From: a virus
Lineage: Duplodnaviria; Caudoviricetes
Strand: one strand, 5' to 3'
IMG/VR virus record: IMGVR_UViG_3300032291_001333
Span: 1-56,529 of that record
Length of the DNA stretch: 56,529 nt
Positions 1-9,630 of this stretch are shown here, in pieces. Under the pieces are notes generated by a model. It made no database searches. It was not told the origin of the DNA and was given only the letters and a program-made list of their open reading frames with translations. Each line of letters begins with the position of its first letter. Position 1 is the stretch's first letter. Both the position numbers and the translations under genes were made by a program.

Positions 1-123
1 ATTCATCATGGAAATCAAAGCAGTCAGGGAAGCGCCGAGCAAACCCATCACTGCGGCCATCTTTGATTCTTCCAACACGATAGAAGCGCCAACGCCGACG
101 CAGACGATCAGCGTGATGTAAGC
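1..123. repeat. Terminal direct repeat, copy 1 (circular-assembly overlap)
   Basis: 1-123 is identical to 56407-56529; the repeat lies inside a CDS that reads through the junction. Confidence 0.97.
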
Positions 124-183
124 CAAACCCTGCTTGCCAATAGTCTTACCAGCGACTTCCTTAGCTGAATCGTTTTCGCTCAT
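1..183 (-). CDS. 5' part of junction-spanning two-TM membrane protein (holin-like), continues at 56406->56236
   Basis: ATG at 183-181 overlaps the TGA of the upstream gene (ATGA); reads MSENDSAKEVAGKTIGKQGLAYITLIVCVGVGASIVLEESKMAAVMGLLG..., in frame with ORF 56236..56484. Confidence 0.85.
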   Translation of the reverse strand, partial: MSENDSAKEVAGKTIGKQGLAYITLIVCVGVGASIVLEESKMAAVMGLLGASLTALISMMN

Positions 184-464
184 TTCGGAATAGCCTTAAA
201 TAATGCCTGCAATTCATGGGAAACTGCATTGAGAACGAAGAGGATTACAGCACCAAGCGCAACGATTGTTCCGTGCTTGATGACGGCCCTTCGTAACTCA
301 GCGCGTTCTTTCTCTCGTTCTGCCAGAAGCTTTAGATAGGGAAGATATTCATTCGTAAAATTATCCCAAGTTTCTAATATGCAATTGATATCCCTTGTCA
401 TTTCTCTCTGCTTCTCTCTTGCGTTTTGGATATCATTTTCAAGCTTCTGAAGTCGGTCATCCAT
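180..464 (-). CDS. Small coiled-coil protein with C-terminal TM helix (lysis-cassette membrane protein)
   Basis: 94 aa; hydrophobic stretch GTIVALGAVILFVLNAV; lies directly upstream of the holin/endolysin genes. Confidence 0.7.
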   Translation of the reverse strand: MDDRLQKLENDIQNAREKQREMTRDINCILETWDNFTNEYLPYLKLLAEREKERAELRRAVIKHGTIVALGAVILFVLNAVSHELQALFKAIPK

Positions 465-472
465 TTTATTTC

Positions 473-694
473 TTAAATTTTTGCGATAGCTTGATGAAAG
501 GGACTCAGGTCTTCAGTAGTCCAAAAATCTTTGGCAATCATGATTTTCAGATGATCGACGTTTCTCTTGCGACAGTCTACCCACTCGGCATCACTCATGT
601 ATTCCGGCTTGCCAGCATTGATAAGATTTACGCTATCAAGTGCTGCAGAGTAGTGCTTCGCAATTTGTTCAGCACTTGGTTGATCGACGGACAT
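473..694 (-). CDS. Small tail-fibre-associated protein
   Basis: 73 aa, directly downstream of the tail fibre gene, AGGAG RBS. Confidence 0.65.
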   Translation of the reverse strand: MSVDQPSAEQIAKHYSAALDSVNLINAGKPEYMSDAEWVDCRKRNVDHLKIMIAKDFWTTEDLSPFHQAIAKI

Positions 695-695
695 A

Positions 696-2831
696 TTAAG
701 CTCCTTTCAAAGAGGCAAGTTCAGATTTAACAATGTCGAGTTCGCGCTTCAATTCTTGGATTGCTTTAACAAGAACCGGGATAAGAGTTCCGGCAGAAGC
801 CTCAAGTTTCTCAGGATTCTCTTCGGACACAAGATTCGGGACAGTAACACCAGCAGAAGACTGAGCTTCCTGCAGTTCTTGTGCGATAAATCCGAACTCT
901 GGAATACCTACTTTGCCGCCGTCACGCATATTCCAAACGAAGGAAACGGGACGCAGCTTCTCAACAAGATTCAATCCAGCAGGGATATCAACAATATCTT
1001 TTTTATCTCTGCGATCTGACAGTGCAGTTATCGTCGTTACTTGGCAACGCAAAGTTGCAATCGAACTATCGCCTAAAGTAATTGCATTATTTGTCGTAGC
1101 TGAAGCACCTTGAGCATTTGCCCCAATAAATGTGTTGTTAGTTCCGGTAGTGTTTGTTGATCCAGTTGAATAACCTAATGCTGTGTTATTAGCAGCGGTA
1201 TTATTATAAAGTGCTGTCGATCCAACTGCTGTGCTATACGAGTTAACGGTGTTTAACCTATTTGCAGAATCACCAAAAGCTACGTTATTTGCGCCAGTCG
1301 TGTTTGCATTAAGTGCTTGAGTGCCTACTGCGGCGTTATTGCTTCCGGTATTGTTTAAATTAAGTGCCGCATAACCTACTGCAGTGTTATTTGATGCAGT
1401 GTTTGCATAAAGCGCCAAATATCCTAATGCTGCATTATTCGTTCCAGAAATGTTAACGGCAATCGACTGATAACCTACTGCAGTGTTGGAGCTGCCATTC
1501 GTATTTGAATTAAGTGCCGCATAACCTACTGCCGTGTTATTTGATGCAGTGTTTGAAACAAGTGTTGAAGCGCCTACCGATGTGTTATTAGCGCCGGTAA
1601 TGTTACTGGCAAGCGCCTGATAACCAAATGCTGAATTATTATTGGCGGTCGTGTTGGAATCAAGTGCTTGATATCCTACTGCAGTGTTACTATTTCCGGA
1701 AGTATTTGCATAAAGTGCCGCAGAACCTACAGCAGTGTTATTCGATGCAGTGTTTGAAACAAGAGCAGAAGACCCAATCGCCGTATTACTATCGCCAACA
1801 ATATTTGCTAAGAGTGAACGACGTCCTACAGCAGTATTGCCAGAGCCAGTAGTGTTTGATGAAAGTGAAGATTCACCTATTGCAGTGTTTGTGTTTCCGG
1901 TAGATGAAAATCTCAAGGCATATTTACCAAATGCTGAATTAGCGTTGTCCGTGTTTGCGCTAAGTGCTTCTTGACCAAATGCTGTATTTGAATTGCCACC
2001 AACATTACCAAATCCAGCAGTGATATCTCCTATCTTAATATCAGAATTAACTTGAAGAAGGTTAGTTCCTGATGCTGTCGTAGTTCCGACAAGAACGATA
2101 CCAGAGGAGTTGATCCTCATCGCCTCTGCACCACCTTCAGCAAATCCGATGGTGTCAGCAGCAGGGAAGTAAATGCCCGTATTCGGATCGCCTGTGGTCG
2201 TAATGGATGGTAGCGGTGCGGTTCCAGCCGCAAAGGTTGCAGCGCCTGTTGCACTCAGCGTAGTAAACGCACCCGCAGCAGGGGTAGTGGCTCCAATTGA
2301 TGTTCCGTCTATCGTGCCTCCGTTAATATCGACTGTCGTTACGCTACCGAGATTGGCTATCGTTCCAGAGAAGGTCTGCCCGTTGCTCGTTACCGTTCCG
2401 CCAAGCGTAAGCGCAGGTAGCGTCCAAGTAGCCGCCGCAGTCCACGTTCCACCAGCAGCAATAGGGCCGTTGATCGTTCCTGATGCCTGAGTCGTTCCGT
2501 CTATCGTGCCTCCGTTGATGTCTGCAGTCGTAAGCACGGACGATACAATCGTCATCACGCCAGTTGCGTTAGCAATCGATGCGGATGCGGTCCCGTCCTT
2601 CGCCTTGATATTCGTGGCCTCAAGGTTCGTCGTATCGACTGTCGTGAAATTACCGGCTGCAGCGTCTGCGGAAGCAAGTAGCGTTACCGTCCCGCTAGAG
2701 TTCTCCGTGTAGAGCTTCATGTCCGCAATGTTCATCGCAAGCTCACCAGCCTGCAGATTTGCGTTACTCGGCACCGCAGCAGCTACGGTCGAGTGATAAA
2801 GGACAATCGGGGTCTTAGTTGACTGAGCCAT
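696..2831 (-). CDS. Tail fibre/spike with beta-roll repeats and C-terminal intramolecular chaperone (peptidase S74-like)
   Basis: Many NTAVG/NSAFG ~14-aa repeats; SDRRDKKDI autocleavage motif, GFIAQE motif and C-terminal coiled coil LVKAIQELKRE. Confidence 0.9.
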   Translation of the reverse strand: MAQSTKTPIVLYHSTVAAAVPSNANLQAGELAMNIADMKLYTENSSGTVTLLASADAAAGNFTTVDTTNLEATNIKAKDGTASASIANATGVMTIVSSVLTTADINGGTIDGTTQASGTINGPIAAGGTWTAAATWTLPALTLGGTVTSNGQTFSGTIANLGSVTTVDINGGTIDGTSIGATTPAAGAFTTLSATGAATFAAGTAPLPSITTTGDPNTGIYFPAADTIGFAEGGAEAMRINSSGIVLVGTTTASGTNLLQVNSDIKIGDITAGFGNVGGNSNTAFGQEALSANTDNANSAFGKYALRFSSTGNTNTAIGESSLSSNTTGSGNTAVGRRSLLANIVGDSNTAIGSSALVSNTASNNTAVGSAALYANTSGNSNTAVGYQALDSNTTANNNSAFGYQALASNITGANNTSVGASTLVSNTASNNTAVGYAALNSNTNGSSNTAVGYQSIAVNISGTNNAALGYLALYANTASNNTAVGYAALNLNNTGSNNAAVGTQALNANTTGANNVAFGDSANRLNTVNSYSTAVGSTALYNNTAANNTALGYSTGSTNTTGTNNTFIGANAQGASATTNNAITLGDSSIATLRCQVTTITALSDRRDKKDIVDIPAGLNLVEKLRPVSFVWNMRDGGKVGIPEFGFIAQELQEAQSSAGVTVPNLVSEENPEKLEASAGTLIPVLVKAIQELKRELDIVKSELASLKGA
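1100..1995 (-). repeat. Coding tandem repeats (N-T-A-V-G-x-x-A-L units) in tail fibre
   Basis: Repeated gcagtgtt/taacctac units in the DNA; about 20 degenerate protein repeats. Confidence 0.85.
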
Positions 2832-2844
2832 TTCGTTACCTCAT

Positions 2845-3912
2845 CTATGCGGCGACTTCTTCCTCGCCTATGTAAAAACGCAGGTTTCCAGCAAGGCGAG
2901 CATCATCTGGAGCTAGTCTACATGCCTCTTTACCCTGCTGAATAGCAGTATCTTTCAGCCCTAAATGCCAAGCGGAAATTGCCGCCAAGTCGTGAGTCTT
3001 CCATCCCCAAACCTCAGGATCGCAGGTGTAAACCAATTTCTTGTCTTTGATCTGCAAGGCGCTCATCGCAGCAGAATGGCAGTCGTGCCACATCTGTCTG
3101 CGGTAGCAATGCATAGAAAGGTCTACCCAAGGCTCCCTGACGCCGGAATCCTCTGCAATAGCCCGACGAAACCACTTCAAAGCCTCATCCCAAAGGCCAA
3201 GACCTTCGTTCGACTTTCCAAGCAGGCGCATGGCGTAGCAGCGTTCGTTGCCCCATGTAGCCTCAGGCATAGCCAGATACTTATTCAGGGCCTCTACAGC
3301 CTCGTCCCACTTGCTGTAGAACGTAAGCTCTCTGGCGTAATAGAAGGCATTCCGAGGGCAGCGCGGGTCCTCTGTAACGGCCAGCTTCAGCAGGTCCAAA
3401 TACTGCCCTCTCGACTTCGCAGGATCAGGATGATGGCTCACCAGCAGCATGTCGGTGTGCGCATAGACCTCCTGAACCCTAGCATCAGGACGAATATATT
3501 CATGGCATGGATGATGCCAGTGGTAGCCATGACGAGAGTGAACCTTATCAGAGTAAAACAATACTCCGTTGCCCCAATCAAACTTGTAACGAAGGCGCGT
3601 AGTGTTTTCCGTCCATACCCGCTCAATCTCTTCACGCCAGCCCGTCTCCAGAATCTCATCCAGATCAAGGCTGATGCAGACGTCAACGTCGCTTGGAATA
3701 AGCGCCATAGCAGCGTCACGCGCCTTGTCGAAGCGCCAAGGGCTGATGCATATCTCCGAGACGGATATACCCCTTGCGCGAGCCTTCGCAACCGTATCAT
3801 CGGTCGATCCGGTATCGGCAATCATGATCAGATCAGCATCCTTGGCTGAGTCGCAGAACCTATCGACAAACTGCGATTCATTCTTGCTGATAGCGTATAC
3901 GCAGATTTTCAT
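2845..3912 (-). CDS. Glycosyltransferase family 2 with C-terminal TPR repeats
   Basis: N-terminal ICVYAISKNE...DTGSTDDT...FDKARDAA...SLDLDE (DxD) GT-A motifs; TPR-like helices FYYARE..., ALKWFRRAI. Confidence 0.9.
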   Translation of the reverse strand: MKICVYAISKNESQFVDRFCDSAKDADLIMIADTGSTDDTVAKARARGISVSEICISPWRFDKARDAAMALIPSDVDVCISLDLDEILETGWREEIERVWTENTTRLRYKFDWGNGVLFYSDKVHSRHGYHWHHPCHEYIRPDARVQEVYAHTDMLLVSHHPDPAKSRGQYLDLLKLAVTEDPRCPRNAFYYARELTFYSKWDEAVEALNKYLAMPEATWGNERCYAMRLLGKSNEGLGLWDEALKWFRRAIAEDSGVREPWVDLSMHCYRRQMWHDCHSAAMSALQIKDKKLVYTCDPEVWGWKTHDLAAISAWHLGLKDTAIQQGKEACRLAPDDARLAGNLRFYIGEEEVAA

Positions 3913-3918
3913 CTTTAA

Positions 3919-4242
3919 TCAATTCCAAGGATTTGGAAGCGCAACAATTGCGGGAAATAACTTGTCTTTAATTTCTTCTGCAATTGCAGCCTCTACAAAA
4001 TCGCGGTCAAGGCCGTTAGCAAAACACCAAGAAAGAACCTGCTCTTGAGTAAGCTGTTCGTAAGGAGTGAAACTTTCACCGATAAGCGTCGGCAGTTCTG
4101 TTTGACCGATTTGTGTTGCATAAGCCTCACCAGAAGCGCCAACGCAGCGCCAGAAAACAGAAGAGACAAAATTATCGTTACCGTCGAGGTTCTTTATGGC
4201 AAACATTTGGTCAACAAACCAATCGTAAGAAACATCAGCCAT
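3919..4242 (-). CDS. Small tail-associated protein
   Basis: 107 aa, FTPYEQLTQEQVLSW motif typical of small fibre-adjacent phage proteins. Confidence 0.65.
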   Translation of the reverse strand: MADVSYDWFVDQMFAIKNLDGNDNFVSSVFWRCVGASGEAYATQIGQTELPTLIGESFTPYEQLTQEQVLSWCFANGLDRDFVEAAIAEEIKDKLFPAIVALPNPWN

Positions 4243-4251
4243 GATTAAACC

Positions 4252-6267
4252 TTACGTAAGAGTCAGAGCAACAGATCGAATAATACCATCAGAGCCTTTT
4301 GCCTTGATGGTCAATGTTGTGTCGCTTGTTAATTGGAATACAACATCACCGTTATCAACTGGATCAACAGAAGCACCGGGTGTAAATCCAAATGATCCAT
4401 TTACGTCCAGCTTGTAATCAGGGAGAATTTCATTGATGCCAACATTACCAGTGGAAGTAATACGAATTCTTTCCGCACCGTTTGTGGAAGCCGCGATAAT
4501 GTCTGAACCCGGAAACCAAAAACCAGTATTTAAATCAGTCCTAGAAGCAATGGATGGCGCACCTACTGCACCAAGAGAAAATCCAGCAGCACCAAAAACT
4601 GTTAAAGGTGCGGTAATATTTGAATAACTTATAAGGGAACCAATACCGACGTTTTGATTATCGTTTCGTAAAACTATTGCATCGTTTGTTCCAAGTGCAG
4701 TTCCTCTAGCTATTTTCCACGCTTTGTTGTCGCTTCCATCGCAACCAATAGTCCAGTTCGCCGCCGTGGCTGTGTTGTTAGTAAATCTAACTGCCGCGTC
4801 AGCCGATGAAGATGTTCCATAAGTTGATATATCGAGCCTAGCTCCTCCAGTGGTTGCACCAATAGTTGGATTACTAATACTAGCTAAAGAAGGGGCAAGA
4901 GCAGTTCCGCCACTTACTGTCAGACTTCCAGAAGTAAGTGAACTTAAAGACAGCGAATTCATACCTGAAACAGTCAGGTTTGAACCATTTACATATGACC
5001 CGTTATCATCAGCGCCAATATTTAAAGTATTAACATTGCTACCATTATAAGTAAAATACCAAGATGCTCCTGCACTACTAAGTTGCCCTTCTATTTGACT
5101 GCTATAAGTAACTGCGTCAGAATTAAAAAAACTAGCAACATTTGAACCAACCAAACTTGCAGGCGCAACAACATCAAGAACATAATTAGGCGCTGGATCG
5201 TTAATACCGACAAAATTATTTACGCTGTCTACATACAAAGTTCCCGGAGTAATGCTTGCAGGGCCAGTAGGTCCGGTAGGCCCCGTAGGTCCTGTAGGGC
5301 CAGTAGGTCCATCAACGGTCGATGCTGCACCGGTAGGGCCGGTTGGACCTGTCGGTCCTGTAGGACCAGCGACGGTAGATGCTGCACCAGTAGGTCCAGT
5401 GGGACCCGTAGGGCCGGTCGGACCAGTGGGACCAGCGACGGTTGATGCCGCGCCAGTCGGGCCGGTCGGACCAGTGGGACCAGTTGGTCCTGTAGGGCCT
5501 TGAACGGTCGATGCTGCTCCGGTAGGGCCTGTAGGACCCGTAGGGCCTGTCGGGCCGAAGATATCGCGCCATGACCCAGCAACGTAACCCTCGACGGTCT
5601 GATCGTCATCATTGAAGCGGATCATCCCCGGCAGGCCAACAGGACGCTGCGCAGTCGTTCCTGAGGGCAGTGTTACCGAACCAGTCCCCGGCAGGATGGG
5701 ATCATCGGAAATAGATAGGACAGGGCTTCCGCCAACGCCATTGCCGTTTACAACGTCGATCTGATCTGCAGTCCCTTGGATCGCGACGCCGCCGATTGAG
5801 CCTCCGCCTTGAGCGACGAGAATTCCAACGCCTGAGTAATTGGCAAGTCCTTGCACGGTCCCGGACAAGCTCAGTGTCGGATCGCCTGCCTGACCACCTC
5901 CATTCGTAATTGATATCCCCGATCCAGTGACAGCGATCTGTCTCGGCGTGACAGTCGTGCCTCCGGTCTTAACAACAATTCCGTTTCCAGCGTTTTCCAG
6001 TGATTCAGAAGCGCCATTCAATTCGATGGTAATTGCAGCCTGCGCACCGCCATCAACAATTCCAATACCGTTCTGACCTGCAAGCGCCCTGCTGTTCGGT
6101 AGCGTAGGCTCTTGGTTGACCGTAATGAATGTCTGCGTCTGGTTCGGCGCAGTCGATATTGCCTGAGTCGTCGTGCGGACAGTGATGCCACTTTGAACGA
6201 TTGGGACTATCTCTGTGCCATCCAACGGCTGCGCTGCTGGCAGATCGGTGATTCTGGTATTTGCCAT
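4252..6267 (-). CDS. Tail fibre protein with collagen-like (GPT)n segment
   Basis: N-terminal ITDLPAA...EIVPIVQSG; [10 protein letters not shown]...GMIRFN fibre motif; central GPT repeats; C-terminal fibre modules. Confidence 0.85.
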   Translation of the reverse strand: MANTRITDLPAAQPLDGTEIVPIVQSGITVRTTTQAISTAPNQTQTFITVNQEPTLPNSRALAGQNGIGIVDGGAQAAITIELNGASESLENAGNGIVVKTGGTTVTPRQIAVTGSGISITNGGGQAGDPTLSLSGTVQGLANYSGVGILVAQGGGSIGGVAIQGTADQIDVVNGNGVGGSPVLSISDDPILPGTGSVTLPSGTTAQRPVGLPGMIRFNDDDQTVEGYVAGSWRDIFGPTGPTGPTGPTGAASTVQGPTGPTGPTGPTGPTGAASTVAGPTGPTGPTGPTGPTGAASTVAGPTGPTGPTGPTGAASTVDGPTGPTGPTGPTGPTGPASITPGTLYVDSVNNFVGINDPAPNYVLDVVAPASLVGSNVASFFNSDAVTYSSQIEGQLSSAGASWYFTYNGSNVNTLNIGADDNGSYVNGSNLTVSGMNSLSLSSLTSGSLTVSGGTALAPSLASISNPTIGATTGGARLDISTYGTSSSADAAVRFTNNTATAANWTIGCDGSDNKAWKIARGTALGTNDAIVLRNDNQNVGIGSLISYSNITAPLTVFGAAGFSLGAVGAPSIASRTDLNTGFWFPGSDIIAASTNGAERIRITSTGNVGINEILPDYKLDVNGSFGFTPGASVDPVDNGDVVFQLTSDTTLTIKAKGSDGIIRSVALTLT
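5260..5556 (-). repeat. Collagen-like repeat (GPT)3-4-GAASTVx
   Basis: 99 codons of G-P-T triplets interrupted four times by GAASTV(Q/A/D). Confidence 0.95.
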
Positions 6268-6596
6268 TACGGTGTTACCTCAAGGCCATCAAGATTGCCG
6301 TCATTTTCACCCTGCTCAGTCGAGATTACTAAGCCGCCGTAGTCACCCGTAGTCAGATCATTCGGGTCCGTTGCAACACTAATGTCAGGACGAGGAAAAC
6401 GAAGCGCAATCTTCTCGGTTTGACGCGCCGGAAGACGATACGGGTCCTTTTGATCGGCGCATCCTTGGTCACATACGCGAAGACCGGGGAAGTTCGGGTC
6501 ATTCGTCATCGATGCGTAGGGCCTCTTCATCTTGCAGCGATCACAGATTGCTATTGCAAGCGTTTCAAGCCCTCTGGTGTCGAGAAAGCGAGGCAT
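6267..6596 (-). CDS. Conserved virion-region protein with Cys motifs
   Basis: 109 aa, AICDRC...LRVC...DPY..P motif; TAATG overlaps at both ends. Confidence 0.75.
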   Translation of the reverse strand: MPRFLDTRGLETLAIAICDRCKMKRPYASMTNDPNFPGLRVCDQGCADQKDPYRLPARQTEKIALRFPRPDISVATDPNDLTTGDYGGLVISTEQGENDGNLDGLEVTP

Positions 6597-7201
6597 TAAA
6601 CTGTTCTTCCTTGAGCGGCCAATGTAGCGCGACGAGAGGCAACTCGCTTTGCGATTTGCTCAGGAGTTTGTTTTCTTCCTTTTGAAGCTATTGATATTTT
6701 CTTTTTAGTTGCATCACTTGCTTTTTTACCTTTATTTACAGGAGTCAATCCAAACAACCAAGGAGTTTCTCTTTTCTTACCTTTCATTGGGCTTATGTAA
6801 CCATCAGGTTTTTTTGCCCTACCAAGAGCCAAACACCTCAATTGTTCTGAAGTAGCTTTTCTTCCGGTAAGAGCTTTTCTCATTTTTTCAATAGCCTCCG
6901 GAGATTTCTTTTTTCCTTTTGCTGCGGCAGACATTTTTGCTTTTGTCTCAGCAGATTTTGGCTTCCTCAGATACGGCTTCGGAATGCCTTTTTTGTTCGG
7001 AATTAACTCATCTTTCAGCCCATTGATCACTCGATTGTATGCCCAGCCGTCAGCGGGATTACCAAACATCTTATATCGGACTAAATGCGCGATTGCATGA
7101 TCAATAGGATGAAGCAACACAAGATTTTCAGGAGCATCAGTCCCTCCCATACATCTGGGAATAATGTGATGTTTATGAAATCCTGTAAGTAATTGATTCA
7201 T
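6596..7201 (-). CDS. HNH homing endonuclease with NUMOD3 DNA-binding repeats
   Basis: HKHHIIPRCMGG...NLVLL...HAIAH HNH motif; KSAETKAKMS, KSPEAIEKMR, SDATKKKIS NUMOD3-like repeats; lower GC than flanks. Confidence 0.9.
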   Translation of the reverse strand: MNQLLTGFHKHHIIPRCMGGTDAPENLVLLHPIDHAIAHLVRYKMFGNPADGWAYNRVINGLKDELIPNKKGIPKPYLRKPKSAETKAKMSAAAKGKKKSPEAIEKMRKALTGRKATSEQLRCLALGRAKKPDGYISPMKGKKRETPWLFGLTPVNKGKKASDATKKKISIASKGRKQTPEQIAKRVASRRATLAAQGRTV

Positions 7202-8268
7202 CTGGTATATGGCGAAATATTCGGCGAAAAATAAATTGGCGAGCGATCTCGCTCCTCTTGCTCGGCTTCGTAGAGGAATTTTTCGGCCATTTTCTCCAAA
7301 TACGCAACCTTTTCCATCGGCACGGCAGGCAATTCAAGCGACATGCGGTGCGCAAGCATGAAAATCGTTGCCTCATACCATCTTTGAGGCACTTCAAGCT
7401 GATTTTGGAGCGCACCAACGTCCTGAATCTGCCGCGAACACCATACAGTCATCTGAACGAAGGGGTCTGACGGCACCGGCCACAGATAAAGCTTCGGTTG
7501 CGGGATCGTCCGGTCAAACCAGAACTGAAATGGCTGGTTTGCAGTGAAGTTTTTGTTCGGAAGGTTGGTGTAATCGTCTCGGTTCAGCCGCGCCATCGTG
7601 ATTTCAGTGCTGTTGTTGCCAACGTAGAACTCACGAACAATCAAAGTCGCACCGCCAGTCTCGCGCATGCGGTAGTAACGCACATTCTGGCCCGGTTCAA
7701 TGTCATACCAGAGCCATTCATTATTCACCCAAGTCACCTCACCGGGGTCGTAGAGCGTAGACCACGTAGAACCATTGGTCGAATACTCCAAAACCACGTT
7801 GAACGTCCCGCTCACACCCGGCAAGATGCCAATCGATCCGGCATAAATCTCATTGTATTCACCAAAATCGATAGCGATGTTGCCATTCGGAGATGTCTGC
7901 GTCGTCATCGTATCGACGTCGCTGTCGAACGCATTCGCAACAACGCCGGATGATGTCGTGTAACCACCGGTCGAGTTCGGAGTCGGTCGATTCATGCGCC
8001 GATACAGCGCATTCAGGCAATCAACATAACCAACAGGAAGATCGTAGATGTATTGGTTAGCCTTCAGGCCGAAGATTTTCTTCTCAATCGCCCAATACTG
8101 GATGCCTTTGTTGATGAGGCTTGAGAGAAGGAAGAACAGGCTTTCCCTTGCGGACACCTGCTGCTCTGAGGTTAGCTCTTCAGCAAGCTTTCCGCAGCGC
8201 CGCGCACCGTGATCAATCAGTTGTTGGACATCAATTACCGTTGCGCCAACAGTTCCAGACGTAGCCAT
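7198..8268 (-). CDS. Head-tail adaptor/tail tubular-type virion protein
   Basis: 356 aa, MATSGT start, DYTNLPNK...QFWFDR...LYLWPVP motif of podovirus adaptor-like proteins; located in the structural operon. Confidence 0.65.
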   Translation of the reverse strand: MATSGTVGATVIDVQQLIDHGARRCGKLAEELTSEQQVSARESLFFLLSSLINKGIQYWAIEKKIFGLKANQYIYDLPVGYVDCLNALYRRMNRPTPNSTGGYTTSSGVVANAFDSDVDTMTTQTSPNGNIAIDFGEYNEIYAGSIGILPGVSGTFNVVLEYSTNGSTWSTLYDPGEVTWVNNEWLWYDIEPGQNVRYYRMRETGGATLIVREFYVGNNSTEITMARLNRDDYTNLPNKNFTANQPFQFWFDRTIPQPKLYLWPVPSDPFVQMTVWCSRQIQDVGALQNQLEVPQRWYEATIFMLAHRMSLELPAVPMEKVAYLEKMAEKFLYEAEQEERDRSPIYFSPNISPYTR

Positions 8269-8279
8269 TTAACATCCTT

Positions 8280-8801
8280 TCACCAGCCCGGACAATTCCA
8301 CCGCTTCATCGATGCCCTTGCCCTGCTGCCGCGATCACTTTTACGAGCAACTGGCTCCATTCTCGCGCAGAAGGAATCTCTGCGAGGACCGCCTTGCGGT
8401 TGTGGAGCCTTCAAGTTACTTCCAGTCTCACGATTATACTTCTCGCGGCCTTTAGCCGTAAGGCCAGCGCCACGTTCTACCGGCATCTTTTCGCCGCGAC
8501 CGACAGCCAAGCTCGGACCACCATCTTTCATCTTGGCTGTTTTTGCTGCCTGCCGAAAATCTTTAGCAGATGGCGCACCTTCGCTACCAACTTTGCGCAT
8601 CTTTTCGCCAGAACCGCTTGCAATTCTTTCGCGCTTTTTATGGATGTTTTCGTAAAGACCGCCACCCTTAAAATTCTTTTTCTCATCAGCTTTGGCAAAC
8701 TCTTTGCCGACCTTTTGAGAGATGCCTACCTTCTTGGCAAACTCAGGGTTGTGCGCGACCGCTTCCATCAATCGATGCTGGGAAAGTGATTTGCTTGGCA
8801 T
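8280..8801 (-). CDS. Basic internal virion-type protein with GG motifs
   Basis: 173 aa, MPSKS..QHRLMEAVAHNPEFAKKVGI, FKGGG, MKDGG, RRDSFCARM motifs; Lys/Arg-rich. Confidence 0.75.
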   Translation of the reverse strand: MPSKSLSQHRLMEAVAHNPEFAKKVGISQKVGKEFAKADEKKNFKGGGLYENIHKKRERIASGSGEKMRKVGSEGAPSAKDFRQAAKTAKMKDGGPSLAVGRGEKMPVERGAGLTAKGREKYNRETGSNLKAPQPQGGPRRDSFCARMEPVARKSDRGSRARASMKRWNCPGW

Positions 8802-8803
8802 GG

Positions 8804-9583
8804 TTAGTCAGGGTTTTTAATGTAGATGCCTTCAAACTCAGCAGACACATTGGAAGTTCCTGCTGAAGCAATTGCCCTAATTTCAATGTCTGTCTTTTCA
8901 GCAAAAGCAAGCGGTGTGTGCAAATCAACCACGAAGTCTCCGTTGCCGGGGGTACGCGATGAACTTTGTATTCTAAACACACCACCCAATGGGCGTTGAA
9001 TCAATTGAAAGTTGGTTGATGCGTTTGCGGTTGAGTTTGCAGATGTAAAGAAAGTTCCCATTAAATACAAGGTATAACCTGCGGGTACAGTCCAAAATGC
9101 CATTTGCGTTTGGTTTGCACCAATAGCAATCATGCCGTATACAGTTGCTGGTACGCCCGAAGTAACAGTGCCAGTGCCAGCGTAGATAGTTCCTACGGCA
9201 GTTGCACCAGAACCAGCGGTGGTTACATACATACTAGAAATACGCAAGTAACTGTTGCCAGTATTGACTGCTGTTTGCCCATCTAATAGGACAGACTCGC
9301 TAATTTCGTTGTAATTTGCATCAAGACCAAAAATAGCAATTGTTCTTGCGCCAGTTCCAGCAGAAGTATCGTCTGCACTTGAGCTAGAGATTTTCATTAC
9401 AGTGGCAGAAGCGGGGTATGCATACGTTCCGCCTTGTGCCCAAACTGTTTCTACGGATGTGCCGACATCACCGTTGATGCCGAACTTAAATAAGGTTTTG
9501 TGACCATCAACTTGCCCACGGGCTACTTGCAGTTCAAATGGCTCATACGCACCTTGGCGTGTTGCAGAAGAATAAGTTCCCAT
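8804..9583 (-). CDS. Putative structural protein (beta-rich)
   Basis: Likely start MGTYSS at 9583 after GGAG; Thr/Gly/Ser-rich; lower GC than neighbours. Confidence 0.7.
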   Translation of the reverse strand: MGTYSSATRQGAYEPFELQVARGQVDGHKTLFKFGINGDVGTSVETVWAQGGTYAYPASATVMKISSSSADDTSAGTGARTIAIFGLDANYNEISESVLLDGQTAVNTGNSYLRISSMYVTTAGSGATAVGTIYAGTGTVTSGVPATVYGMIAIGANQTQMAFWTVPAGYTLYLMGTFFTSANSTANASTNFQLIQRPLGGVFRIQSSSRTPGNGDFVVDLHTPLAFAEKTDIEIRAIASAGTSNVSAEFEGIYIKNPD

Positions 9584-9600
9584 GTGGGTCTCCAAAATTC

Positions 9601-9627
9601 AAATTAAAAGCAGGGGCCGAAGCCCCC
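9601..9627 (-). terminator. Rho-independent terminator (cUUCGg hairpin plus U-tract)
   Basis: Minus strand GGGGC-TTCG-GCCCC (9613-9626) followed by TGCTTTTAATTT. Confidence 0.7.
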
Positions 9628-9630
9628 ACC

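Noticed and set aside
1-123. Terminal repeat as a biological direct terminal repeat
   Set aside because: It falls in the middle of a gene and is an exact 123-bp overlap, as expected from assembling a circular or permuted genome; it does not mark physical ends
2965-3849. 294-aa plus-strand ORF, and similar ORFs at 27363..28127 and 37415..38203
   Set aside because: Antisense to well-supported minus-strand genes; no recognisable motifs
5252-5503. Plus-strand (GPV)n collagen-like ORF
   Set aside because: It is only the reverse complement of the GPT repeat
6596-7201. Group I intron around the HNH gene
   Set aside because: The ORF overlaps both intact neighbouring genes, leaving no room for a ribozyme core
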